Source: Harriotta raleighana
Lineage: Eukaryota
Direction of reading: 5' to 3'
Assembly (NCBI GenBank): GCA_050575255.1
Contig: JBNZDD010013597.1
Span: 867,299 to 931,298, forward strand
Length of the DNA: 64,000 nucleotides
In this document: piece after piece, positions 39,370 through 52,019 of the stretch
Layout of the letters: each line of letters starts with the position of its first letter
Numbering within the stretch: position 1 is the first letter of the stretch
The notes under the pieces: generated by a model
Told to the model about the DNA's origin: nothing
The model's input: only the letters and a program-made list of their open reading frames with translations
Database searches by the model: none
Translations under genes and position numbers: made by a program

Positions 39370-40495
39370 GGTGACCCGGTAAAGGCCTTTCAAATTATAA
39401 AGAGTTTTGATAAGAGTCAGCTAGAGAAATTATTTCTATCAGTTGGTGAGTTTGTGGCTTAGAGGGCAGGCATCAATTTAAGATAGTTAGTAAATGAGCC
39501 ATTGCAGAGATTAGGAGGCTTTTGTTTCACATAGAATAGTTAAGATATAGAATGCACTGGTAGGCGCAGTGGTTGAGACTGAATCCATATTTTTTCAATA
39601 GGAACTAGATACTGTAATTTACCAACTGTCCAGCGCCTTGGGACGTCCTCCTGACGTGAAACGCGCTCTATAAATGTAATTTTGTTGTTGTTGTTGTAAT
39701 TACCTAAAAAGGAGTAAACAGGGGTATGGAGAAAAGTCAGATAAATAGGATTGAAAGGATTGCTCTTAAAAGAGCCAGTACAGACCCAATTGCCCAAATA
39801 GTTATTATTAATAATAGTTATTAATTGTTGTTTTTTCTATTGTTGTTGCTTTTGTTTATTATTGTTTTTTGTTGTTGTTGTTTAATCCCCCCCCTGCCCC
39901 CTGACTTTTTCCCCTCTTTTTTCTTCTTCCCTCTCTCCCTTTCCCCCCTTGCCTCCCTCTTCCCTCTTACCCCCCTTTCTCCCTGGTTTGCCTCCCTCCA
40001 CCTTTCCCTCCCTCTTCCCCCTTGCCACCATTTCTCCCTCCTTGTCCTCCCTGATTTCCCCCTTGTCCCCTTTTCTCCCACCTTTTTCCTCCCTGATTTT
40101 ACCCCACCCGCTTTTCCCTCCGTCTCCCCCCTTGTCCCTTTTTCCCCCNNNNNNNNNNNNNNNNNNNNNNNNNNNNNNNNNNNNNNNNNNNNNNNNNNNN
40201 NNNNNNNNNNNNNNNNNNNNNNNNNNNNNNNNNNNNNNNNNNNNNNCCCCCTTTCATCCCTGGCCCCCTTGCTTCCATGACTGTTTGTGGGAAACTGCTG
40301 TGCGCAATTTAGCTGCCGCGTTTCGCCCACAAATATACAGTCAACTTTTCCTACTTTTCTTCCCCCTCCCCCACCCCACTTGACTGTACAGCGCCTTGGG
40401 ACGTCCTCCTGACGTGAAAGGCGCTATATAAATACAAATAAATAAATAAATAAAATAGCCTTCTTCTACACTGTGAATATCTATCATTCTATCAT
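39370..40495 (+). mobile_element. Old CR1 3' end interrupted by two younger SINE-type insertions (39624-39695 and 39802-40458)
   Basis: The CR1 tail GCCCAAATAG|CCTTCTTCT...CTATCATTCTATC is split by an insertion, with AAATAG duplicated at 39796-39801 and 40453-40458. Confidence 0.75.
40149..40246. other. Assembly gap (N run)
   Basis: Run of n. Confidence 0.98.
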
Positions 40496-41795
40496 TTTGA
40501 TTGAAGCTTTATAAATGTTCTGCATAAACAAGGGTAGTGTTCCAACTAACTCTATTAATGAGGCATTTTTGGTAATGTTGAAAATGATGCTAAACAGCTG
40601 ATCTACAATAATATTTTAGCTCATCTCAAAAATACAAATGAGATGCTTTACTCTCCAAATTATTACATAAAATTAATAAATCTATGGGTTTGTTTAGTAT
40701 GTTCTTGACTTGTTTTGAGTCCACATGTTCATTTGTGCAGTGTGCTACCAAACAGAGCTGGTAACGATGCCTTCGGGCACACAATACTTATTCCATTTGC
40801 TTTCTAAGGCAAGTTAACCATCACAAAACCAACTCTAAGGAGATCACACTTCATAGCTCTATGGTGGCTTCCTCAATGTCCCCCAGATGTCAAAGGCAGT
40901 ATATGAATGTAAATTTCTTGCTTCTGAAATGTCTCAATGAGAAAATTCCTTAAACCCATCGTGCAACAACAATAATTTAATGTGATACTGAGCCAAAGGG
41001 ATCAGGAAAGCCAGAAGTTAAAACTTGTTCTGTCCCCGGTTAAATGATCTCAATCAGAACAACAATAACAACAACAACAAAATTACATTTTTTGTGTCTT
41101 TCATGTTGGGAGGAACAACTCCAGAGACATCATAATTGGGTTCAGGGTCGGGAAGGGAGAATTCACATAAAGATTGCTTCCATAGCAACATGAAAATCTT
41201 GGCAACACTTTTGGAAATAGTACAATTGGACACCATTAATAGTTGGTACTACCTGCATCTTATAGATTCTTGTGTGTGGGTTTGCTTTTATACTTTTTGA
41301 GAAAAAAAAAAGAAATGTATTCATAATTATTGAAATGTAGGAGCATTTACTGTGTTTATATGGTATACATTTGTGCATCAAACAGTCTCTAAACATCAAT
41401 GTACATTGCATGTTTTCTAGTTAATGTGTGAAAATGGTGGTATCTGCAGTGCATGTCAACTCGGATTTGGTTGATGTATGTACAGTTTATGCACCATTTA
41501 TTTAAGTCTTTACAGAAACTCAGTTATAAGCCAACAAGAAATTGGTTTGCCTGAACACTGTGTGCATGGAAGCTATCATCAATTAAAAGTGCAATTAAAA
41601 CTTCTTGCTCACATAAATGGACTGACAGCCAAGCAGTCTATTTATGCTCACACAATACTTTTTTTAAAATTCTGCTATTTATCATTTTAGAGTTAGCATG
41701 ATAGAAATCATGAATTTTGAAACATTTTCCCAAATTGCTTTGTTATACACCAAGTATCAAGGATGATTGTGATTTGTATTACCTACTACAACAAT

Positions 41796-42148
41796 GTGGA
41801 GTCTTGTAGCTTAGTGGTGAGAGCACTCACCCCACATTCAAGATACCTGGGTCGATTCCCTGCAGGCCGAAATGTTGGGTGAGTTTCCCTACTCCACATG
41901 CCTCTGTTTACCCAGCAATAAGTAGGAACCTAGTTATTAGTCAATTGGCAGATCGCTTTTCGCTTTAATAATAATCCCTTTTTAAAAAAACACAACTATT
42001 TGTGGGACATTGCTGTGCACAATTGGCTGTCGTGTTTTACCCACATATACATTCAATTCACTTTACAGTACAATCTGTGAAGTGCTTTGCGACGTTTAGA
42101 AGACATGAAAAGCGCTATATCAAATGCAAGGATTATGATTATTATTTA
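41796..42148 (+). mobile_element. Full-length tRNA-derived SINE (~350 bp)
   Basis: Pol III A-box TAGCTTAGTGG (41807-41817) and B-box GGTCGATTCC (41850-41859). Core TTTGTGGGACATTGCTGTGCACAATTGGCTG. Tail AAAGCGCTATATCAAATGCAAGG(ATT)n. Confidence 0.88.
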
Positions 42149-45100
42149 TATATAACTTGTCTAGTTTGCTCTCACAGTATTTTGCTAGTAGGAAGGAGTT
42201 TCTGTTTAACCTTTCATAAGAGCACGTAATAAAGAGTGCAGACAGAGGCAACTGCATCAGACATTCAACCTATATGAAATTCTCACTGCTAGCTGTTGCA
42301 AGGAAGGATTGACAAAACATTGACCCTGATGGTTCCTTGGAGAATGAAATGACTTTGAGAACTTACATTGAAGTACATTCCTAACTGCAACTTAAAGGCT
42401 TCATAGCCAATTGCATGATCCAGTAACAGACCGAGATCTCCAGTACTGCTGCAGTGACTATCATTAACTCTACATTCATATTTGATGATGGGATTGGAGC
42501 AGATTCTCATTTTGTCAGGTGAGCGAGGGAATGCTTGCTCTCCAGGTTCCTCCCACCAGCACTTTTGTAAGAAGGTAACACAGCGTGATAGAGACATAAT
42601 GAAGTATGCAGATAATCCAGCGCCTTGCAACCTCCTCTCAACATGAAAGGCACTCGATAAATATCATTTTGTTGTTGTTGTTGCAGATATTTGTCTTCAA
42701 GGATGTTGTTGTGCTGGAGTAATCAGCTAAGAGGAAGGTATCTTGCACCGCAAATTAACTACCCTCTTCTATTTATGTTATATACAGTGGGGGAGGAGTA
42801 TTTAGTACTGATAATGCCCCCCACCCCATCTTGGACATTTTTAGTCAATGAGTATGACAGTTATTGGAAAACATACAGAGGCCAATGGATAAGAGGGCAA
42901 CAAACCTGGAAATGATCACGGCAGTATCTAAACCTCATTGTGTTCAGACAATGTTCTAAACTGTGAATGTGGCGTATAATTAGATTATAACCTTAATACA
43001 CTGCAGCGAATCTGATTTCATTTTGATAATTTTGCTAACCAGGTATGTTAGTTCCCATTATAATGCAGTGAAATAAATCCTGTAAACAATTTGAATTGCA
43101 TAATTATTTGATGTTAATCATGACTGGCTACTGCCTGTGGCTGTCCCCAAATGAACCCACCAATTGAACATAAAACTTTATACAGAGCAATTATTTATTC
43201 TTTAATTCATATTGAACTTTATGCTTCATTGTTGTTTATGCCCTTTATCAGTACATCCTTTTTTATTTCATGCTTTATTCTCTGAATATTACATTTTTGA
43301 ATTTGTCCATCTGACTCAAAGAGTTTCCTGATGCTGATTGCCAGATGGCGAGATTGGGAATATTGAGATAATACTGTATTGGGAAGCATGGATGGCTCAG
43401 GTCCAAGTGAGCTATGTTAGCAACAAAATAAGTAATCCACCAATACCAATGTACGTTCAATTCATACTGTACATGTTCATCATTTTAATTTTGTAAAGGC
43501 CTAGTTCCAGATCACTGTACTATCACTTACATGTGTTACTCAGTTGGATGACTGAATGTTCAAATATATACATGTATATTGCATATATTAATGATATTAT
43601 CAATCCTTGCATTTGATATAACACCTTATTACTTCATTAAAACATCTCAAAGGACTTCACAGAAGTTAAATTACGCACAGCAATATTTCACAAACAGCCA
43701 TGAAGTGAATGACCAATACTTTATCAAATGAAAAACCTTTGTATTCCATTACAAATGCTTTTTTCAAACTTCATATTGTACATATGATCAAATATACTGC
43801 AAAGAATTTTCAAAAGATACACTTTACTGCAATAGATTTGTTTTAAAAAGCCAAACATTATGCTTTTTAAGGTAGAAAATTCTCTATCCAGTAATTCTGT
43901 ATTACTGCATCATAGCAGTTCTATGGGAACGACATTATGTTACTGCTTCTTTCAGAATGAAATGAAGAACGCTTTTTAAAAAAAATGAATTCTAACCCAC
44001 TGAATATTGAGCTGATTATTGATCATTATCAATAATAGTGTGAATGAATATTTTCCACTTTTCCACCTCTCATAAATACTGATCCTGTTTCAGTGAAATT
44101 AAGTAGAATAAATGGGATTTAAGTTTATAAAACCAAATTCCAGAAAATATAGTAAAACTGAGTGGAGAAGTTTATGTGAATGCTTAAATATTTGGACTTT
44201 CTGCAGATATTCTGCTAATACAGCCAGTCTAGATGGAAGCCTGACCAAAGCTTGTTCTGATTCCAGCATATAATTCTAATCATCAATATATCATTTGCCA
44301 CTTGCTTCTTTATACAAGCAAGTAGTCTAATTATAAAATCCAACTATAAAATATTAACCAGATATCCAGTTGGTAATGTCCACTAGAGTAATTATAGCCA
44401 TTTCATTTCCAATTTTTATTGGAGACGATTCTGCGTAAAGCACAAATTTGTATTTAATGTTTTTTATTCTTTCTGCTCTGATTGAATTGGATGAAATATG
44501 TTAGTAAGAGGAATCAATCTCCAATGGATTAGTGGCAGAAGCTGCTGACTATGGACAGGAAGCTCACCAGTATTATTCCGCGCAGTTTGCCCGTCTCTGC
44601 CAGGACAATGTGGCAGAGACCTTTCATTGGTCCTGCTGTGTCCAAGGTTATGGAGGGGAAAGCCAGCCAGGTACCTGCTCCTCATTTCTCTTCAGCACCC
44701 TCTAGAGGAAGTGCACATGTGGAGCAGCTGGTCAGGAAGAGATCAAAGTTGGCTGTGATAATCTCTACAGTCGAGTGACCTGCTGACATTCACTGGCAAG
44801 TCTCACAGGTACCGGAGGAACCAAATCTTGTGCAACTGCACCACTGCATGAGGAAACTCTGGTTAAGAAGCAGAGAGACATATGGTAATAGGGAGGGAAT
44901 TTTTTTAAATTGGGAATTTTTTTTTAAAAAAGGATTGCTACAAATTGCTTAATCTAAAATATTATTTTTGTGGCTGGCAAGTTATGAATTTAGCAAAGTT
45001 TAACTTCAACATATAGTATTAAGATATTCAATAATAAAAATATTTTAGGCTTATTAAAAAAAACTTCATGTGACAATGGACTGCCAAGAGAAACAAGTGA

Positions 45101-45748
45101 CTTTTAATTGATGGGGTGGACAAAACCGAACAAAGGATTATTACCAGCTGTCAAGAAAAGCCTGCACAATAAACTCACTCTAATGATATGTCTTGAGAAG
45201 TTATCTTTGATTGTCACTCAGTGATTGATCACATTCTGTCAACTGTGCAGGTTTTTATGCTTACGCTTTTGTTGCAAAATACAAAGTACAGTACTGTATA
45301 CATTTTCTCAAATTTTTTGACTAGTCGAGCTGAGCAGTATGTAGTTAGAAAAATCTTTTCACATATACAGTAATACAAATAATATTGCTTACTTTAGTCA
45401 ATTAACACAGAATTGCAGCACTGTACAACACTGAATCAGGCCATTTGGCCCAGACAGTCTGTTCCAGTTTTTATATCTCCAGCTCGTCTAATCCCTTCTC
45501 CATATTCCCCCGACCACTCCCTTTTATGCCTTTAGAAAATGCTGTCCATTTTACATCTCAAATTTAAGCAACAAATTTTTGTGGAAGGATTAATTTAAAA
45601 AGCAGCTTTTGTTCTAGTGGAATTTTGTTGTCTTGTGAAGAGCTAGTCATTGAGCTACAATATTTGGTTGCAAATTAATCAACAGAAGCAGGAAATCATT
45701 GCACAAAGTTGCAGCATACTACATTTTTATTAATTTGCCTTCAAAACG

Positions 45749-45993
45749 GCAGAGTCCTACAGTCAGTGGTTAGAGCATTCGCCTTGTAAGTGAGAGACCT
45801 GGGTTCAATTCCAGGCAGGGTAAGTTTTCTTACTCCACACTAATAAGAATCCCTCAAAAAAATTTGGTCATTTTAACTGTTGGTTGGACACTGGCTGCCA
45901 TGTTTCGCCCAATTCTACACAGTTAAATCACTTTACAATGTATTATGTGAAACGATTTGAGACATCTAGCAGATGTGAAATCAAATGCAAGGT
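45749..45993 (+). mobile_element. tRNA-derived SINE, same family, internally deleted
   Basis: CAGTGGTTAGAGCATTCGCCTTG...GGGTTCAATTCC head; ATCAAATGCAAGG tail. Confidence 0.8.
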
Positions 45994-48900
45994 TTAAAAC
46001 CAACCCAGTTTTACATCACAAAAATTATATCTTTTTTCTACACTCTTTCCTCTCTCCATAGCAACAGAAAACCACATGAGAATGCTCAATCAAAATTAAG
46101 TATCTCATTTATATATACTGTAAATAATACCAGATACTCTCAGACAATTTAAAGCGGTAATTGAATCGCAGGATTCAGCTGACAAAGTCCTCCAGGTTTA
46201 CTCTTGTAGCTTTTGATGTTACCTGAACCCCTCGATTGGATTGCTATCTTGCAACTCAGTGAGAGGTATCCAGTAGCCTCTTTGTATTACTCACCCACCA
46301 TGGCTTCTCTTATGACAAAGTGTTTTTATATTTGCGCAAGTAATTATCTTCTGACACTTGCACATCTGCTTAGGACATGCACAGCCAGCAAGATCTGAGC
46401 TCAGAAGGGGAGTTTGGAAAGCAAGTAAGAAACTGTCTCAAATAATTGAAAAAAGATTAACTTCCTAGAACAGTGTAGGTTAGTGTGTTATCTATTGAAT
46501 GTGTCCAAATCTCAAAGACTTTGGGAGCAGAAGATAATTTTTGGCATTTTGCAATCTGCCCAGCTGTGGTTCATGGATACCGTATGCAGTGGTCACATCA
46601 TTAATTTGGATTTTAACAAGCTCCACTTCCACACTAATACATGTGTTTAAGATAAGGAGCAATTTTCTCCATCAAGCAAAATTAGTCCATGATGAGCAGC
46701 AACGAGAGAACAGATGGAGATTTAGTAGTACTGGATTATGTGCATTTCAAATAGAAGTTGACCATTTCCTCAGCACTACAAGCAGCAGCTAGTTATTAAC
46801 AAAAGCATTGGTGAAATTACCAGTGATAGAATCAATCCATTTTCTGTCAGCTTTTGCAGTCAGCAGATATGGGGAGAATGTATTTCGTTGTGGTCTAAAT
46901 TGTCTCCCAAGTTTTCAATCCATTGGATAAGTACAGCAGCTCTGCAAAAATGTGAAAAGTCTCATATTAGGAAATGCCAGTTTGGGATCACTAACAGAGG
47001 CAGGCAGAGAGGAGTGACTAAGAGGTAAAAGAAACATAATTAATAGATTTCCTGCAAGTTCTAAAACTATAATAATGGGGAAATGTTCTTCAGACTCACC
47101 TGTCTTGTGTGGACCTCCTTCAGTGATATCTCAACCATAGATTAGTAGGGGATCTCAATGGTTAAACTCCCAACTCTAACTTTTGAAGATCTCTACAACA
47201 GGAATGTCCGTAAAGCAGGCTCTTTTAAAGCTTTGTCTGTGAGATTAGTAGGTGACAGCCAATGATCCATGTCAACATCAATCTAGAATGTGACTGAAAC
47301 CTTGCTCACTTACTGCAAATTTAAATCAACTTCCAGAAAGTTGAGGAGCGACAAAAAACAATTCTGTGCCAGTCAGGGTGCGCTTTTGGTTTGAACACAG
47401 GTGACAGTGAAGAGATGGGAAATCTCACAGTGAGGTGCTTCCATTCTCTCAATGTGTGATGTATTCCACAGGATCTTGAATCTCCGTGCAGAGTATCCCA
47501 GCTCAATGCTCAATTCTTTGTACTGCACAATTCAATAACTTGTATTTCTTCGCACCTTTCATGTCTTGAAACATAAATGAAATTGAAAGGAAAGTTTAAG
47601 GGTATTGTCAAAATGTGAGGTTAAAGAGAGGTTTTAAAAATGATTTTTGAGGTGTGGAAGGAAAGGGTAAGGTGAAGAGATTCAGGGAGAGAATTCTCCG
47701 GAGAATTTAGAAGGTAAAGGCTTTGCCATTAATGGTAGATGGAAGGAGTGAAGAAGATTAGTATACCAGACCTAAAATAGCAAAATATATGATCAGGAGA
47801 ATGGAGCTAGAGGATTTTGCCAAGTTTGTGAAAGGATTTGAACGGCAGGAGAATGTTTTGGTTCAAAGGTCAAAAATATTTGTTTTGAAGCAGAGCTAAA
47901 GTAAAGTAGGTTGTGCACTGGCAAAGTTATCAGTGAGATTTCTCTGTTTTAAGACTACCAGCTTCAGGAACTCCCAACAAGTAATATACCACCTTTCCAA
48001 TTTTAACCAAATATTGTTTTTCTGCATCTTAACATTTGAATTTTGTTACAAACTAATTTGATAATTGTAGCAATGGACATTTTAAATTGCCTTGTTGATA
48101 TCAGGCCTAAATCCAGAGAGCTTTTAAACTTTGAGATGTGCAAGAAATATGCCGAATATTTGGCGATAGGTAATAGAACATCCCTCTTATTCTCCATGAC
48201 ACCAAGACCCATAATGTACAAGTACTCCAGGAACACGTGAAAGTGAAGATCTTTATCACAAGGCAAAGAACAGCCTGGATGCATGCACCTGGTTCTTTTG
48301 TGTACTGTTAGGAAAAGATTGTGGATTGTTGTTGAAACCTTAGTAGCATTGTGGATAATTAAATAATAAATCACACATGTATTATTTTTATTTTCAGTGG
48401 TGATGGTAATTTGTTTGTTACCAGGATCTAGATGTAATCAATCCTTTTCAAATATATGTGAATGATAAAAGATTGGTAATCAATTCAGAGGAAGTAATTT
48501 AAATAAATGATTCTCAACGCAATATGAAGTACCAAAGCAAAGTCTAAACAGCAGCAAAACAAAAAGGTTGTATTTATTGCATTAATCTGGCTATAAATCT
48601 ACAGTATTAGTTATTCCTCACAAAAATATGCTGTGGTCAAATACAAATGTAACTTTTTGCAATAATAATGCTTGTATTTAATATAGAGCCTTTTTACAGC
48701 CTCATCACAGAATATACTGTAAAGTAAATTGACTGCATTTTTTGTGTGCAAAATGCAGCAGTCAGTTGCCAAACAGTCGTGGATTGAGTGATCATTGAGT
48801 GAAAAAAATGTTTTACTTCACTGGATTGGGGTAGGTAAGGGATGAATGAAGTTAAGATAATTAGATAATTAGCAGTATCAGACCCAAGATATATGGCATC

Positions 48901-50403
48901 ACATGACTTTGTGACTACATGACTACAGTACAACTGTGTGAATCCATTCACAATGGATTACCACATCCCATGTATTCTATTAATATTGAAAAATGTAACA
49001 AAATGAAGTAGAATTTATTGGCAAGCTTGCACTTTAAAATATTTTCTTGCAAATTATTTCTTAAGTATCAGGAACCTGCAATTTCACTTGGTTTCATTGA
49101 CATTTTGGGAAAAACTGGTGGTGGACAAAGTATTTTTAAAATTGTCTTAATGTGATCTACTGTGTTTGGGAATGGTGCAAATTAACAAAAATGTTTCCAT
49201 TTGGTCATACCAAATACTACAAATATGTTGATGGGGAAAAACTCTGATGAAGAATACATTCATAAGGAAACCAAATCAACACACTGAGGCAGCATAATAT
49301 GCCACATGTGGTTTGAAAATCAATATAAGGTCGTCACCTGCTGGTGCGGAGATTACTGTCACTCGTCTTAATTGCATGACCACCACAGTCCCCAATGTTC
49401 CCCCACTTGTGATGTAAATTCACTGTTGTGCATGTTTTTTTTCATTTAAAGTTTATTCATTCTGTTATTCAAACTAAAACTACTTAACACTCACAAGTTA
49501 TTCAGACATGAAATTTGAAACAATGGTTCCTCTTTGCATGTGTTACCCTGCAATATGAAGCTATAAAAACCTCAGGTACTTTATGAAAGTGGGTTATATT
49601 TGTGTCAGCACAAATTGTCACTAAACACAATTTACACCTGATGTAGAATGCTAGGTGTTGAATCTCACTGTCTTTCACTTTATTGTCATGATTAATTTTG
49701 TAACAAGGCTTTGCTTAACATGGCATTAATGCTCATAGCTTCCCAAATTCAAATACTTGCCCATTTCCGCACCTAATCCTTTTTGCCCTGTTTTTTGTTT
49801 TATCTGTTTCTGTGAAACGTAATTATCATTCCTGTTATCATAGCTAGCCATTCTGTTCTCATGGCCTAGACTGTTATATTTTACTTCCATTCTCATTTCA
49901 GGACCTAATGGGTATTTCTAAATCAAATTCTTCCAACTCTTGTTGCCTCATATAATCTATTTTCTGTCTCTGTGATTCTCCTTTCTTGACCTAATTCTCA
50001 CTTCTTGTAGCTCCAAAAGCAACAAAGCTTTTGTATAGCTTTGGATATGGTCAAAGCTTCAAAGCACCCAAAAGACAGGTTTCATATAGCTCATATTTGT
50101 GTAACATGCACTCTGTATAAGCAATAGAAAAACAGTTTGCATTACTTGAATGAGACTTTATCATCAGAAAATCTACTACAGTTTGGAAAGTAACACAATG
50201 CATATTCTCCAGATTTGTGTTTGCGAATCTATAATAGTAGATTTAAACTAAATAATATAAAGAAACTTTAGAAATATAGTATACATTTTGATGGAAGTCA
50301 ATTATTGGGGCTGTTCGAAGTAAGATATTGCAGTCATTTGTCTCCTGTTCTCTTTGTTCTTAATTCTTGCTTTTTTTCCCAACCCTCTTCTTCTCTATTT
50401 CAG

Positions 50404-50510
50404 CAAGACAATAGAAATCAAAATAATTGATGATGAGGAGTATGAAAAAAACAAGAACTTCTTCATTGAGATTGGGGAGCCACGCTTGGTGGAGATGAGT
50501 GAGAAGAAAG
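50404..50510 (+). CDS. SLC8A1: NCX1 mutually exclusive exon A (CBD2), 107 nt: KTIEIKIIDDEEYEKNKNFFIEIGEPRLVEMSEKK
   Basis: Long polypyrimidine tract and CAG acceptor (50401-50403); AAG|GTGGGG donor. Starts in phase 2 and ends in phase 1. Translation is near-identical to vertebrate NCX1 exon A (KTISVKVIDDEEYEKNKTFFLEIGEPRLVEMSEKK, from memory). Confidence 0.96.
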
Positions 50511-51059
50511 GTGGGGTAACTGCTCAGAGCTAAGGCCTTAATGCCATGCCTGAATGTCACTCAGGGATGCCCGGCACTGTAAGATGCCCAGAACATAAAG
50601 CTCACATTTAGAATTGTGTAACAGGGTAAAACCTTTTTTAAATGGGTCCTGCGACCATAAATAATCTGAATATGGCCATACAGATGCTGGTTCTTTTTTA
50701 GATAGCTTCTGATCTCAATCTGATCTCAAATTGCAATGATCTGAAGATGTATTGGACATTTGTCTGTGTGTGCCCTGCTGTCAGCAATAATGCAGCGGTA
50801 CCAGATACTGTACAATAAAAAAAAAGCTAAATTTCAACCTACCTAATCCAGCTCTGTAAACTACAAGTTGTCAAAATATAGAGAATTATTTGGCAGCAGA
50901 AATAATAAGTTTATACCCTGTTACACATCAATATCTGAATGTGGTGCAGGCTCCCTCCCTTCATAACATCTCACTAACCATCACGTAGTTTACTTAAGCA
51001 CGTGAGATTGTGATGGACAACTCCAATCCATTGTTTGCCTTTGTCTTATGTTCTTACAG

Positions 51060-51154
51060 GAAAACCATTTCCATTAAAATAGTTGACCGTGGGGAATATG
51101 AAAAACAAGCCAGTTTCTTCATTGCACTTGGTGAACCTGTATGGATCAGACGAG
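51060..51154 (+). CDS. SLC8A1: NCX1 mutually exclusive exon B (CBD2), probably 95 nt: KTISIKIVDRGEYEKQASFFIALGEPVWIRR
   Basis: TTCTTACAG acceptor. Paralogous to exon A, with the diagnostic DR in place of DD and the WIRR motif of exon B. The nearest phase-1 donor is GAG|GTGTGA at 51155. The 3' end is less certain than the 5' end. Confidence 0.88.
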
Positions 51155-51608
51155 GTGTGAGAGTAACAAAAGACATTTTGAGAATTGTTTTCTTCTCTGT
51201 TCGTGTCCTACTCTCACACTGACTTTCTCCTCTTACCTTGTCTAAAGCCTTTGCCATGCCTGACTGTTGGGTGTTTTTTCTGTGTTGTTTATGCCCATGA
51301 CTAATTTTAAACTGTCTTTGATGCTGTACGGATTCAAAAGTACTAAGATTCTGGTACAACAGTCCCAAATTTTATTTGTAAACACTAAACAATGTAATTG
51401 ATTCAACAAAAGTTTTGTTTTCATTCACAGTAAAAATCTAAATTACGAAATTATCTTATGCCCACAGTGAATTACATTGCCAAATTAACTTATTTTTCTG
51501 GTTGAAAAAAACAGATTAATGATCATTTTGAAAGCGAGAAATCAAGGATTTTAAGAAGGCAAATTAAATTTAGGTTGCTCTTAGGGATTTTATTTCAACA
51601 TTTTACAG

Positions 51609-51623
51609 ATATTGAGGAAACTG
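51609..51623 (+). CDS. Candidate novel 15-nt cassette microexon (D-I-E-E-T)
   Basis: TTTTATTTCAACATTTTACAG|ATATTGAGGAAACTG|GTATGT. Phase 1-1, open frame, same architecture as exons C-F. No transcript evidence. Confidence 0.5.
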
Positions 51624-51829
51624 GTATGTAGGATGATTACCCATTGATGCTGAGTGTCTGCACATTTCTTGTCTGCACAGAATTAACCAGAAGTTACAAA
51701 ACTACCCCTACACATTTGAAAATAATTTCACAAGGGAAACCTGAACTTTTCTCTCTTTCTGTAATGCTTTTATTACTTTACATTCAGTTCTTTACTTTGC
51801 TCACTGTTCTGTATTTCCTTTTCTTACAG

Positions 51830-51850
51830 CCTTATTGTTGAATGAGTTAG
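51830..51850 (+). CDS. SLC8A1: NCX1 cassette exon C, 21 nt (ALLLNEL)
   Basis: TTCTTACAG|CCTTATTGTTGAATGAGTTAG|GTAAGC. Peptide is identical to NCX1 exon C. Confidence 0.96.
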
Positions 51851-52019
51851 GTAAGCTGTCTACCCTTTCTGACTTTTTTTGCTGTGTACGTTAGCCATAA
51901 CATGATAGCTATAAACATAAATGCGATGGGGTCCTATAGGCTAGTAATTCCATTTAGATTAGATCTAAAGCATTTCATCATAGTTCTCCTAAATTCAATT
52001 TCCCCAGTAACTCACTGGA

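Larger units (their letters stand above)
1..50403 (+). other. SLC8A1: 3' portion of the long intron preceding exon A of SLC8A1
   Basis: No credible coding exon seen upstream of exon A. In vertebrate SLC8A1 the large first coding exon is followed by a very long intron. Confidence 0.75.

Noticed and set aside
41796-41870. tRNA gene
   Set aside because: A and B boxes are present, but there is no intact cloverleaf and it continues into a SINE body and tail.
51010-51222. 70-aa ORF as a standalone gene
   Set aside because: It is exon B plus read-through into flanking intron.
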